DNA of 64,000 nucleotides. Source: an uncultured Oscillospiraceae bacterium (lineage in GTDB: Bacteria > Bacillota > Clostridia > Christensenellales > CAG-138). The notes beneath the pieces were generated by a model. It was given only the letters and a program-made list of their open reading frames with translations, did not search any database and had not been told where the DNA came from. Of this stretch, positions 17,000-26,224 are shown piece after piece (within the stretch, counting starts at the first letter, position 1; each line of letters starts with the position of its first letter). A program made the translations under genes and the position numbers. The stretch covers positions 71,110-135,109 of the forward strand of contig CAZBBX010000002.1 in assembly GCA_964490325.1 (NCBI GenBank), in the 5' to 3' direction.

Positions 17000-18067
17000 T
17001 CAGTCAATCGTCAACAGTTCTTTTGTCGAAGAGACCAGATCCAGCTTTCCGCCTTCCCGCACGATGCAGCAATCCTCGATGCGAACGCCCAGCTTGCCTT
17101 CCAAGTAGATGCCGGGTTCCACCGTGATGGTCGTTCCCGCCTCTAATATGTCGTTGCTCTTGACGGACGCATAGGGCGCTTCGTGGATCAGCAGGCCGAA
17201 GCCGTGTCCCAAGCTGTGCCCAAACTGCTCGCCATAGCCCTGTGCGCTGATATAGTCCCTGGCAACGGCGTCTAACTCACGTCCGCCCATGCCCGCCTTC
17301 AAGGCGTTTAAGGCGCGCTGCTGCGCTTCCCGCACGATGTCGTAGATCTTGTGGGAAAGCTCGTCCACAGGCCCCACCGCAAAGGTGCGGGTCATGTCGG
17401 AATGGTAACCATCCGCGATGCAGCCAAAGTCCAGCACCACAAGGTCGCCCTTTTCGAGCTTGCGCTCGGAGGGGATGGCGTGGCACATTGCTCCGTTGGG
17501 GCCGGAGCCCACGATGACGTCGAAGGAGGGGCCTTCGCTGCCGTACAGCGCGCAGGCATAGTTCAGCTCGGCTGCCACGCGCTTCTCGGTCATGCCCGAA
17601 TGGATGCGCTTGAGCAGCTCCGTAAAGGCCTTGTCCGCCATGGTCTGCGCCTTTTGCAGGGAGGCGATCTCCTCCTCGGACTTGATGAGGCGCAGCGCGT
17701 CCAGCTCGGCGCTGAAGGGCGTCAGGGTCACGGGCAGCGCTTCATAGCGGCGGAAGGTGGCAAGCGTCATGGCCTGCTCCTCAAAGCCCAGCCGCGTACA
17801 GCCGTCGTCGTGCAGCAGACGCTCCAGTGTGGAATAGAACTCGCCGCGGCCGACCTCGACCACGCGAACGGAGGGACCACACTGCTCGACAGCCTGAATG
17901 GTATAGCGAAAATCGGTCAGCAGATAGCTTTGCTTGTCTGTGACCAAGAAAGCGGCCTCGTCACTGGTGAAGCCGGAGAGATACCGTATGGCAGTCAGGC
18001 TTGTTGCCACCACGGCGTCAAGCTTTGCTTCCGCCATCCGTTGCCGTAATTTCGAGAGCTTGTTCAT
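17000..18067 (-). CDS. pepP: Xaa-Pro aminopeptidase (M24 family)
   Basis: Creatinase-like N domain plus the M24 metal ligands (DFGC..DGYHSDMTRT, HSLGHGFG, EPG, IED). Classic pepP-efp pairing. ATG 18067 gives MNKLSKLRQRM. Confidence 0.9.
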   Translation of the reverse strand: MNKLSKLRQRMAEAKLDAVVATSLTAIRYLSGFTSDEAAFLVTDKQSYLLTDFRYTIQAVEQCGPSVRVVEVGRGEFYSTLERLLHDDGCTRLGFEEQAMTLATFRRYEALPVTLTPFSAELDALRLIKSEEEIASLQKAQTMADKAFTELLKRIHSGMTEKRVAAELNYACALYGSEGPSFDVIVGSGPNGAMCHAIPSERKLEKGDLVVLDFGCIADGYHSDMTRTFAVGPVDELSHKIYDIVREAQQRALNALKAGMGGRELDAVARDYISAQGYGEQFGHSLGHGFGLLIHEAPYASVKSNDILEAGTTITVEPGIYLEGKLGVRIEDCCIVREGGKLDLVSSTKELLTID

Positions 18068-18206
18068 ACAAAAACCTTCTTTGCAAAGATACAAGATAGT
18101 ATAGCACGAAACGTTGCCCGAAACAAGCCCTTTTTGCGGCTTTCTGCCCCGATCGGGAGGACAATGAAGGCCTTTTTGAGAAAAGGAAGGCTTTTTATGG
18201 GACTGC

Positions 18207-18896
18207 TCAGCTGCGGTAGGGCAAAAGTTCTGTCAGGAGCTTTTCCATGGCGCGGGTCTCGATGCGGGATACATAGGAGCGGGAGATGCCCATCAGCTCC
18301 GCCACCTCGCGCTGCGCCAATGCGCAGTCCCGCCCCACGCCGTAGCGCAGCGTCAGCACCGTCTGCTCCCGTTTACTAAGTACCCGCTCCATGGCGTCAC
18401 GCAGCTTTTCTGCGTCCAAGCTCTTGTTGACACTGTCAAAGATGGTCTCCGCATCCGTGCCGATCAGATCCGCAAGTGCAAGCGGGTTCCCCTCCTTATC
18501 GATCCCGACGGATTCCTCGATCGACACCTCGCTCACCCGTCTGCGCTCACTCCTCAGGCTCATGAGGATCTCGTTCTCCACGCATTTGGACGCGTACCCC
18601 GACAGCGCGCCCTTGTCGGGGCGAAAGCTGTCCACCGCCTTTACAAGCCCTATCGTGCCGATGGAGATAAGGTCGTCCAAGTCGCGGCCGTTGCCGACAT
18701 ACTTTTTTGCAATATGCGCCACGAGCCTGAGATTGTGGATGATGAGCTGCTCCCTTGCGTCCTCGTCCCCCTGCGAAAGCCGTTTGATGTATGCCAGCTC
18801 CTCCTCCTTTTCTAAGGGCTTGGGAAAGGAGTTGCTCTGTCCGATATACCCCAGCAGCAGGAAAAACCCGCCAAATGCCGCCAATAAAGAAAACAT
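18207..18896 (-). CDS. sigK: Sporulation sigma factor SigK (pro-sigma-K), uninterrupted
   Basis: Hydrophobic pro-sequence followed by SNSFPKPLEKEEE and HNLRLVAHIAKKY, as in B. subtilis pro-sigma-K. Regions 2-4 are present and there is no skin-like insertion. Confidence 0.85.
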   Translation of the reverse strand: MFSLLAAFGGFFLLLGYIGQSNSFPKPLEKEEELAYIKRLSQGDEDAREQLIIHNLRLVAHIAKKYVGNGRDLDDLISIGTIGLVKAVDSFRPDKGALSGYASKCVENEILMSLRSERRRVSEVSIEESVGIDKEGNPLALADLIGTDAETIFDSVNKSLDAEKLRDAMERVLSKREQTVLTLRYGVGRDCALAQREVAELMGISRSYVSRIETRAMEKLLTELLPYRS

Positions 18897-18972
18897 AGCT
18901 TTCCACCTCGTTTCGTGAAAAGCTATGCTTGTCGATCAAGGAATATCCGTGTCGAACGGTTGGGAAGGCTGC

Positions 18973-20136
18973 CTATTGGCCGCTGTTCGTCCAGTACTGC
19001 GAGTACTTTTCGACATTCTGCTGATGCTCCTCATAGGTCTTGGAGAAGATCAGCGCCTTTGACTCGGCGGGGTTGCCGTTGCAGAAGTACAGGTAGCCCT
19101 CCGAAAGGAAGTCCTCGTTGGGATAGAGCGCGGCCTCGATGGCAGCCCTGCCCGGGTTGCTGATTGGGCCGATGGGCAGGCCGTCGTTGCGATAGGTGTT
19201 GTACGGCGAGACCGTTGCGATCTCCTCCGCCGTGAAGCTGTACTTGGTGACGCCCAGCACATAGGACAGCGTTGCGCAGGATTCCAAGCGCATCCCAGCC
19301 GCAAGACGGTTGTGGAACACCGCCGAGACCTTGGAGAAGTCCTCGTCCGTGCCCGCTTCGCGTTCGATGATGGAGGCAAGCGTCATCACCTCGTCCCGCG
19401 TCATGCCAAGCTCCTCTGCTCTTGCCAGATCCTCGGCCGTGAAGACCTCGTAGTAGCGAAGCAGCATCTTTACAAGGATGTCCTCGCAGCTTGCATCGGT
19501 GTAGACCTCGTAGGTATCGGGGAACAGATAGCCCTCCAAGACGTAACGGCGGTCGCTTGCATCGTCGATGGCGGCAATAAAGTCATAGTTTGCGAAAAGG
19601 CTTGCGTCCTTGCAAAGATTCAAAAATTCGCTTGCGCTTTGAATGATCCCGTTCTCCTCCAGATAGGCGGCTATGGCCTCGCAGCTGTAGCCCTCGGGGA
19701 TGGTGAAGCGCACCGTCTGTCTGGCGGGGTTGCCCTCGCAGAGGATGTCCACGATCTCGGAGATGCTCATGTTGCGGGAAAGGAGGTAGGTGCCTGCCTT
19801 CAGGCTGTTGGCCTTGCCGACAAAGTCCACATAGACCTTGAAGGACGCGGTGCTGACGATCAGTCCCGCCTCGTCCTGCCCGCGAGCCGTATAGAGGATG
19901 CGGGCAATGGTGCTTGCGGAGGAATTGTTGGGGATGACCACCTCGATGGGCGTGGTATCGTTCGCGTCCACGGGGCGTACATAGTGGTTGAGCACATAGT
20001 TGACGGCATAGACAAGCAGGAGCACCACCACGACTGCGCTCAGCACAAGAGCCACGCCCGGCCGTATCGTCTTCCAGATGCGGAGTGCGCGCTTTCTTGC
20101 GGCGGATCTTTCCTTTTTTCCCTTCTGCTGCGTCAT
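18973..20136 (-). CDS. mltG: Endolytic murein transglycosylase MltG (YceG-like)
   Basis: N-terminal TM segment and a YceG domain (ASIIEREA, NTYRNDGLPIGPISNPG). Confidence 0.9.
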   Translation of the reverse strand: MTQQKGKKERSAARKRALRIWKTIRPGVALVLSAVVVVLLLVYAVNYVLNHYVRPVDANDTTPIEVVIPNNSSASTIARILYTARGQDEAGLIVSTASFKVYVDFVGKANSLKAGTYLLSRNMSISEIVDILCEGNPARQTVRFTIPEGYSCEAIAAYLEENGIIQSASEFLNLCKDASLFANYDFIAAIDDASDRRYVLEGYLFPDTYEVYTDASCEDILVKMLLRYYEVFTAEDLARAEELGMTRDEVMTLASIIEREAGTDEDFSKVSAVFHNRLAAGMRLESCATLSYVLGVTKYSFTAEEIATVSPYNTYRNDGLPIGPISNPGRAAIEAALYPNEDFLSEGYLYFCNGNPAESKALIFSKTYEEHQQNVEKYSQYWTNSGQ

Positions 20137-20183
20137 GGCGTCAGTATAGCAGAGTTCCCGTCAAAATGCAAGATTGGCGGACT

Positions 20184-20534
20184 TTAGCTCAACATGCTGT
20201 CCAGCTTGATGTCCACCGCCTCGCCAAGGATGCGGTAGACGTCGCCCAGCAGCTGATCCATGCGCAGCTCCGCCATCAGATACCGAAAAGCCGCCTCATC
20301 CGACTGCAGCAGGCGATTGAGGCCGTCAAAGCGCTTGAGCAGCTCCTCATCCTTCGCGCCCGCCAGTATACCGCCCTGTATGCGCATACGCAGGCGGCTG
20401 TATTCGTCTAAAAGCGCGTGCGTACTTTCGGATGCAAACGCATCCTCCCGCGCCTCGATCAAGTTCTTATACGCCTCGCTGTCATGCAGAGCCGCGCCCA
20501 GCGTCCGCGCCTGCAAAAGAATCTTATCGTCCAT
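20184..20534 (-). CDS. YlbF/YmcA family protein
   Basis: 116 aa, all-helical, with the pattern SEAYKNL...LLDEY...LQ...AELRMDQLLGDV typical of Com_YlbF. ATG 20534 lies 1 nt after the rnj stop. Confidence 0.7.
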   Translation of the reverse strand: MDDKILLQARTLGAALHDSEAYKNLIEAREDAFASESTHALLDEYSRLRMRIQGGILAGAKDEELLKRFDGLNRLLQSDEAAFRYLMAELRMDQLLGDVYRILGEAVDIKLDSMLS

Positions 20535-20535
20535 A

Positions 20536-22179
20536 TCAGATCTCCACAACGATGGGCAGGATCACGGGCGTACGCTTGGTCTTGCTGTACAGGAACTGCT
20601 TGAGCACGGCCTTGATGTCGTTCTTGATGCTCGCATAGTTGCCCTTCTCCGCGCCCTCAAAGCGCTTGACCGTGCTGAGGATGTGCTCGATGGCCTGCGT
20701 GATCAGGTCCTCCGACTGGCGCATATAGATGAAGCCGCGGGAGATGATCTGCACGGGCGCCACCATGCGCCCCGTCTCGCTGTCGATGGTGATGATCGCT
20801 GCCACCAAGCCGTCCTCGGCAAGGAGCTTGCGATCCTTGATGACCACGTCCTCGATCTGGCTCAAGCCGTCCACCATGACGCCGCCCGCCTGCACCTGCT
20901 CTGTGATGCCGCCCTTGCGCGCATTGAGTTCCACAACATCGCCGATGTGCGCCACAAAGATGCGCTCCTTGGGAATGCCCATCTGCTCTGCAAGCTCCGC
21001 ATGCATCCTAAGGTGCCTTGCCTCGCCGTGGACGGGCATGAAGTACTTGGGCTTGATGATGCTGAGCATCAGGCGAAGCTCCTCGCGGCAGGCGTGACCC
21101 GAAACGTGCACGTCCGCCATGCGGTCGTACACCACGTTGGCGCCATGCTCGAACAAGGCGTTGATGACGCGGGACACGCCCTTTTCGTTGCCGGGGATGG
21201 CCGAAGCGGAGATGATGACCGTGTCGCCCTCGCTGATGTTCAGCTTGTGCGAATCGTTCGCCATGCGGAACAGGCCGCTCATCTGCTCGCCCTGACTGCC
21301 CGTCGTCATCACGCAGATCTGCTCGTCCTTGTAACGCTTGAGCTGCTCTACGCGCACCACGCGCTCCTCGGGGATCTTCAGATAGCCCTGCTTCTGGGCG
21401 ATCTGTACGATCTGCTCCATGCTGCGACCCTGAAAGCAGATGACGCGGTCATGCGCCACGGCTACATCCGCAACCTGCTGCAGACGGAACACGTTGGATG
21501 CAAAGGACGCCACGATCACGCGCCCCTTGGCGATGTCAAAGTAATGCTCGAAGGTCTTGCCGATCTCCTTTTCGGACTGGGTATGCCCTGCGCGCTCCAC
21601 GTTGGTGCTGTCGCTCAAAAGAGCCAGTACGCCGCGGGAGCCGTAGTAGGCAAGGCGGTTGATGTTGATCGGCTCTCCGTCCATGGGCGTCAGGTCAATC
21701 TTGAAGTCTCCCGTGTGGATGATGGTGCCGATGGGCGTGCCGATCGCCAGCGCCACTGCGCCCGGGATGGAGTGTCCCGTCTTGATGAATTCTACCTTGA
21801 AGCAGCCAAGCTCCACCGTGTCGCCGGGCTTGACCACCCGCAGATCGCCGTTTTGATGCGCCTCGTCCAGCTTGTGCTTGATGAGCGCCGTGGTGAAATT
21901 CGTGCCGTAAACGGGAGCCTTGCACTTGCGCAGCGCATACGGGAGCGCGCCGATGTGGTCCTCATGACCATGCGTGATGAGGTAGCCGCGCAGCCTGTCC
22001 ATGTTCTGTTCGATGTAGTTCATGTCGGGGATGACTGCGTCGATGCCCGGCGTTTCATCGTCGGGAAAGCTGACGCCGCAGTCCACCACGATCATATCGG
22101 AGCCGTACTCGACGACGGTCATGTTCATGCCGATCTCGCCGAGACCGCCCAGCGGTATAATGCGTAATTTGTTTTTCAT
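20536..22179 (-). CDS. rnj: Ribonuclease J
   Basis: Metallo-beta-lactamase HGHEDHIG motif, beta-CASP domain and RNase J C-terminal domain; 547 aa. Confidence 0.95.
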   Translation of the reverse strand: MKNKLRIIPLGGLGEIGMNMTVVEYGSDMIVVDCGVSFPDDETPGIDAVIPDMNYIEQNMDRLRGYLITHGHEDHIGALPYALRKCKAPVYGTNFTTALIKHKLDEAHQNGDLRVVKPGDTVELGCFKVEFIKTGHSIPGAVALAIGTPIGTIIHTGDFKIDLTPMDGEPININRLAYYGSRGVLALLSDSTNVERAGHTQSEKEIGKTFEHYFDIAKGRVIVASFASNVFRLQQVADVAVAHDRVICFQGRSMEQIVQIAQKQGYLKIPEERVVRVEQLKRYKDEQICVMTTGSQGEQMSGLFRMANDSHKLNISEGDTVIISASAIPGNEKGVSRVINALFEHGANVVYDRMADVHVSGHACREELRLMLSIIKPKYFMPVHGEARHLRMHAELAEQMGIPKERIFVAHIGDVVELNARKGGITEQVQAGGVMVDGLSQIEDVVIKDRKLLAEDGLVAAIITIDSETGRMVAPVQIISRGFIYMRQSEDLITQAIEHILSTVKRFEGAEKGNYASIKNDIKAVLKQFLYSKTKRTPVILPIVVEI

Positions 22180-22277
22180 AGTTTTCTTTTGTCCTTCCTT
22201 ATGGTCACCGATCCCCCGATCGGTCGTAATTCTATTTTTTTATAGGGGAATTTGACGGCGCAGCTCTCTCTGCGCGG

Positions 22278-22910
22278 TCAGTCCACGCTTCCGTAAAAGA
22301 AAAGGTTGCCGCCGATATTTTTGTACAGTTTGCGTCCGCCCCAGCCCGTGCCCAGCCGTTTTGCACAAAAGAACAGCACGTTTTTGGGGATGGACAGATT
22401 GCCGTTAACAAACACGTCCCGTGCATACTCCACGATCTCCGCGGGTGGGGACTGCTTGCTAAAATCGCGATGATTCAGCACGGAAAACTGCCCCTTGCGA
22501 TAAACCTCCTGCCGAATGGTGGTCACGCCTCCGCCGAAGCGAGACGCCATGCAGCGGTTGTAGATGACGCAAAGGACGGCGCGATACGCCGCCTCGCCCT
22601 TGCCGCCCGCCTCGTAAAACGCCACCGTGGCTGCAAGCACCAGATCCTCCTCCGCACAGACGTAAAAGTCCGTATAGCAAGGCGGAGCAGGCGTGGGGCT
22701 TGGCGTGGGCACGGGACTTGGCGTAGGCGTGGGCGGGGGCGTGGGACTATTCGTAGGCAGCGGCAGAGCCACGCTCTTGCCGATCCTGTGCTGTATTTGC
22801 GCGACCTCCACGATCTGTGGGGGTGCGCTGCATTCCGCGCTGTCGCGGCCGCAGCCGCACAGTGCCGTCATCAGTAGGAGAAGCAGCGGAATGACCGCTT
22901 TTCGTCGCAT
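22278..22910 (-). CDS. Cell wall hydrolase, SleB/CwlJ (Hydrolase_2) family lipoprotein with a PT-rich linker
   Basis: Lipobox-like LLLLMTALCGC, linker PTNSPTPPPTPTPSPVPTPSPTPAPP, and a catalytic domain with EAGG...VIYNR...QFS. Confidence 0.8.
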   Translation of the reverse strand: MRRKAVIPLLLLLMTALCGCGRDSAECSAPPQIVEVAQIQHRIGKSVALPLPTNSPTPPPTPTPSPVPTPSPTPAPPCYTDFYVCAEEDLVLAATVAFYEAGGKGEAAYRAVLCVIYNRCMASRFGGGVTTIRQEVYRKGQFSVLNHRDFSKQSPPAEIVEYARDVFVNGNLSIPKNVLFFCAKRLGTGWGGRKLYKNIGGNLFFYGSVD

Positions 22911-22949
22911 GAGCCGCTCCTTTACGAGCAGGAGCAGGCTCCTTGCCCG

Positions 22950-24326
22950 TTACAGAATGTATTTATGGAGGTTGGTGTCCGTCCACTCGTTCGACAGATG
23001 CGCCTCGACGTATGCGCCGTCGATGGTAAGCTCCACGACGGGATGATCGCCGCCCGCATTGAACGAAATGTCGTCCAACAGGTTCTCCATAACAGTATGC
23101 AACCTTCTCGCTCCGATATTCTCACTCGATTCATTTGCAAGGTAGGCAAAGTGTGCGATCGCCTGCAAAGCATCGTCCGTAAAGCTGATATTCACGTTAT
23201 CCGCCGATAAAAGCGCCGTATACTGCTTGGTCACGGCGTTCTCCGGTTGGGTGAGGATCTTGACAAAGTCTTCCTGCGTCAGATCCTTGAGGCGTACCCG
23301 AATGGGGAAACGTCCCTGCAGTTCAGGGATCAGATCGGACACCTTGGACACATGGAACGCTCCTGCCGCGATGAACAACATATAGTCTGTCTTGACTGGG
23401 CCGTACTTGGTGGACACGGTCGTTCCCTCCACGATGGGCAGGATGTCGCGCTGTACGCCCTCGCGGGACACGTCGGGACCGCTGCCCTGCGCGCCGCCTG
23501 CGATCTTGTCGATCTCATCGATGAACACGATGCCCTCCTGCTCGGCGCGCACCAGCGCCTCACGGGTCACCTCGTCCATGTCGATGCGCTTATCCGCCTC
23601 CTGCTGGATGAGGATGCGCCTTGCCTCCGCCACCGTCACGCGGCGTTTCTTGGTACGCTTGGGCAGCATGTCGCCCAGCATGTCGTTGAGGTTGATCTCC
23701 ATGCCGCCGCCCAGCATGGCGGCGTTCATGCTCTCCTCCACCTCGATATCGACCTGTTGATTCTCAAACTCGCCTGCGCGCAGCCGCTCAAGGAGCTGCT
23801 CGCGCTCCGTTTTGCGGCGCTGCTTCTCCTCCTCGCCGGGCGTCGGCTCCTCTGGCGTCTCCGGAACCGTTCCCATCAAAAGCTGAAACGGGTTCGGCTG
23901 CGGCTTTTGCTTTTTTGCCGTGGGATGGATCAGGTCGCAGAGTCGCTGCTCCGCCGCCGCTTCCGCCACGATCTGCACCTTGGCAAGGCGCTGCGCCTTG
24001 GCGATGCGGATGGACTCCTCCACAAGATCGCGCACGATGGATTCCACATCGCGGCCGACATAGCCCACCTCGGTGAACTTGGTCGCCTCGACCTTGATGA
24101 AGGGTGCGTCCACAAGCTTTGCAAGCCGTCTTGCGATCTCCGTCTTGCCCACGCCCGTAGGCCCAAGCATGATGATGTTCTTTGGCGTGATGTCCTCGCG
24201 CAGCGACTCAGGCAGGCAGTTGCGGCGATAGCGGTTGCGCAGTGCCACCGCCACGGCGCGCTTGGCCTCGTCCTGTCCGATGATGTACTTGTCCAACGCT
24301 TCTACGATCTGTCTGGGCGTAAGCAT
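22950..24326 (-). CDS. hslU: ATP-dependent protease ATPase subunit HslU
   Basis: [18 protein letters not shown] and Walker [16 protein letters not shown]; 458 aa. Confidence 0.95.
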   Translation of the reverse strand: MLTPRQIVEALDKYIIGQDEAKRAVAVALRNRYRRNCLPESLREDITPKNIIMLGPTGVGKTEIARRLAKLVDAPFIKVEATKFTEVGYVGRDVESIVRDLVEESIRIAKAQRLAKVQIVAEAAAEQRLCDLIHPTAKKQKPQPNPFQLLMGTVPETPEEPTPGEEEKQRRKTEREQLLERLRAGEFENQQVDIEVEESMNAAMLGGGMEINLNDMLGDMLPKRTKKRRVTVAEARRILIQQEADKRIDMDEVTREALVRAEQEGIVFIDEIDKIAGGAQGSGPDVSREGVQRDILPIVEGTTVSTKYGPVKTDYMLFIAAGAFHVSKVSDLIPELQGRFPIRVRLKDLTQEDFVKILTQPENAVTKQYTALLSADNVNISFTDDALQAIAHFAYLANESSENIGARRLHTVMENLLDDISFNAGGDHPVVELTIDGAYVEAHLSNEWTDTNLHKYIL

Positions 24327-24328
24327 GG

Positions 24329-24862
24329 TCAGACCTCCTCGACTCGGATATTGTCGTTTGTGAAGATGCAGATCTCACTGGCGATGTGCAGTGCCTTCTC
24401 GGCGATGTCATGCGCGCTAAGCTCCGTATTCGCCTTGAGCGCCTTGGCTGCGGCCAACGCGTACAGGCCGCCTGAGCCGATGGCGGCGATGTCGTCGTCA
24501 GGCTCGATCACCTCTCCCGTACCGGAGAGGATGAGCAGGGTGTCCTTGTCCGCCGCGATCAGCATGGCCTCCAGCTTGCGCATGACCTTGTCGCTGCGCC
24601 AATCCTGCGCCAGCGCCACGGCAGCGCGGGTCAGCGAACCGCCATACATCTCCAGCTTGGATTCAAAACGGTCGCAGAGGGAAAAGGCGTCCGCCACCGA
24701 GCCTGCAAACCCCACCGCGACCCTGTCGTGGTAGATGCGCCTGACCTTCTTTGCCGTTGCTTTCATGATGGCCGTCTCGCCCATCGTGACCTGTCCGTCA
24801 CCTGCTATTGCACACACGCCGTCCTTGCGCACGGCGATGATCGTTGTTCCCTTCAGGTCCAT
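24329..24862 (-). CDS. hslV: ATP-dependent protease subunit HslV
   Basis: Ntn-hydrolase start (GTTIIAVR); 177 aa; 2 nt upstream of hslU. Confidence 0.95.
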   Translation of the reverse strand: MDLKGTTIIAVRKDGVCAIAGDGQVTMGETAIMKATAKKVRRIYHDRVAVGFAGSVADAFSLCDRFESKLEMYGGSLTRAAVALAQDWRSDKVMRKLEAMLIAADKDTLLILSGTGEVIEPDDDIAAIGSGGLYALAAAKALKANTELSAHDIAEKALHIASEICIFTNDNIRVEEV

Positions 24863-24928
24863 ATGACCCTCCTTCGTCCAATCGTCATTTTCTTCATCTT
24901 AACACAGCTTTTTTGAAAATTCGCCGCC

Positions 24929-26224
24929 TTACAGCAATGTTTGCTTTTCTTTCACGATTCGCAGCGCATTCTCCGCCGTTGCCAAGCAGCGCTCCCGCTT
25001 GCTTGAGAAGCGCCCCTTCAATACGTCCATGATGCCAAAGGTGATGTTCATCGGCTGAAAATCCCCGCCGTTATACTCGGAGACATAGTGCCCCAAGGCG
25101 CCGATCGCCGTGGCGCTGCCAAAATCCAGCGGCGTCTGACCGCGCAGCCTGCGGCCGAGCTGTACCGCCGCCATCAAGCCGCTTGCCGCCGACTCGACAT
25201 AGCCCTCCACCCCCGTCATCTGCCCCGCAAAGCAGATGGTCGGATCGCTGTGCAGGCTGTAGTCCCAGTTGAGCAGCTTGGGGGAACTGAGAAAGGTGTT
25301 GCGGTGCATCACGCCGTAGCGGATATACTCGGCATGTTGAAGCCCCGGGATGAGGCCGAACACGCGGCGCTGCTCGCCAAACTTAAGGTTCGTTTGAAAG
25401 CCGACCAAATTGTACAGCGTACCCGCCGCATCGTCCCTGCGCAGCTGCACCACGGCAAACGGCTGCCTGCCGTCGATCGTAAGGCCTACGGGCTTCATGG
25501 GGCCATACGCCAGCGTCATATCGCCGCGCTTGGCCATGACCTCCACGGGCATACAGCCCTCGAACACGCGGGGCTGTTCAAAGTCGTGCAGGGGCGCTGT
25601 CTCCGCCGTTGTGAGCGCACGGATGAAGCGGAAGTATTCCTCCCTGTTTAGGGGGCAGTTGAGATAATCCTCGCCCCTTCCGTAGCGGGAGGCCGCAAAG
25701 ATCTTGTCCTGCTCCAAAGAGTCTTTGCGGACGATGGGCGCCGCCGCGTCATAAAAATGAAGGGGCGCTCCGATGCGCGCGGCTATGGCGTCGGAGAACG
25801 CATCGCTTGTCAGCGGTCCCGTGGCAATGATGACGGGGCCATCGGGAAAGGCCGTCAGCTCCCGCCGCTCCACACGGAAACGGGGAAAGCTGTACAGCTC
25901 GTCCGTGACCAGCTGAGAAAAGCCCACGCGATCCACCGCCAGCGCGCCGCCTGCGGGTACCCGCGTCGCGTCCGCGCAGCGCAGAATGAGGGAATCCAAC
26001 ACGCGCAGCTCCTCCTTGAGAAGACCCACGGCGTTTTCCAATCTGTCCGAGCGCAGGGAATTGGAGCAGACTAACTCCGCAAACTCGTCTGTCGTATGCG
26101 CGGGTGTGCGCTTGACGGGCTTCATCTCAACAAGCGTGACCGAAAAGCCGCGCCTTAAGAGCTGATAGGCGGCCTCGCTGCCTGCAAGACCGCCGCCCAC
26201 GACCAAGACGCTATTCTGTGTCAT
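24929..26224 (-). CDS. trmFO: Methylenetetrahydrofolate--tRNA-(uracil-5-)-methyltransferase TrmFO
   Basis: VVGGGLAGSEAAYQL FAD motif, with length and order topA-trmFO-hslVU as in Bacillus. Start chosen at MTQNS (26224); the track ORF starts at 26266. Confidence 0.9.
   Translation of the reverse strand: MTQNSVLVVGGGLAGSEAAYQLLRRGFSVTLVEMKPVKRTPAHTTDEFAELVCSNSLRSDRLENAVGLLKEELRVLDSLILRCADATRVPAGGALAVDRVGFSQLVTDELYSFPRFRVERRELTAFPDGPVIIATGPLTSDAFSDAIAARIGAPLHFYDAAAPIVRKDSLEQDKIFAASRYGRGEDYLNCPLNREEYFRFIRALTTAETAPLHDFEQPRVFEGCMPVEVMAKRGDMTLAYGPMKPVGLTIDGRQPFAVVQLRRDDAAGTLYNLVGFQTNLKFGEQRRVFGLIPGLQHAEYIRYGVMHRNTFLSSPKLLNWDYSLHSDPTICFAGQMTGVEGYVESAASGLMAAVQLGRRLRGQTPLDFGSATAIGALGHYVSEYNGGDFQPMNITFGIMDVLKGRFSSKRERCLATAENALRIVKEKQTLL

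Noticed and set aside
18140-18160. The 10-nt palindrome CCCGATCGGG and nearby A/T-rich pairings between sigK and pepP, considered as a terminator.
   Set aside because: The palindrome has no loop and the other stems are 5-6 bp of A:U pairs. That is not convincing as an intrinsic terminator without folding energy calculations.
18207-18896. Possible sigK intervening (skin-like) element or split sigK.
   Set aside because: The ORF is continuous from the pro-sequence through region 4, and no recombinase gene lies nearby.
20260-22167. Very long antisense ORFs opposite confident genes. Examples: 20260-22167 (635 aa, opposite rnj), 11167-12963 (598 aa), 31753-33429 (558 aa), 36026-37570 (514 aa), 23247-24734 (495 aa), 30184-31572, 54764-56152, 41529-42740, 60783-62015, 47133-48278 and 7028-8164.
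   Set aside because: These are typical stop-poor antisense frames of GC-rich DNA. They have an Arg/Ala/Gly/His-rich composition, no recognisable motifs and no RBS. Each fully overlaps a gene with clear family signatures on the other strand.
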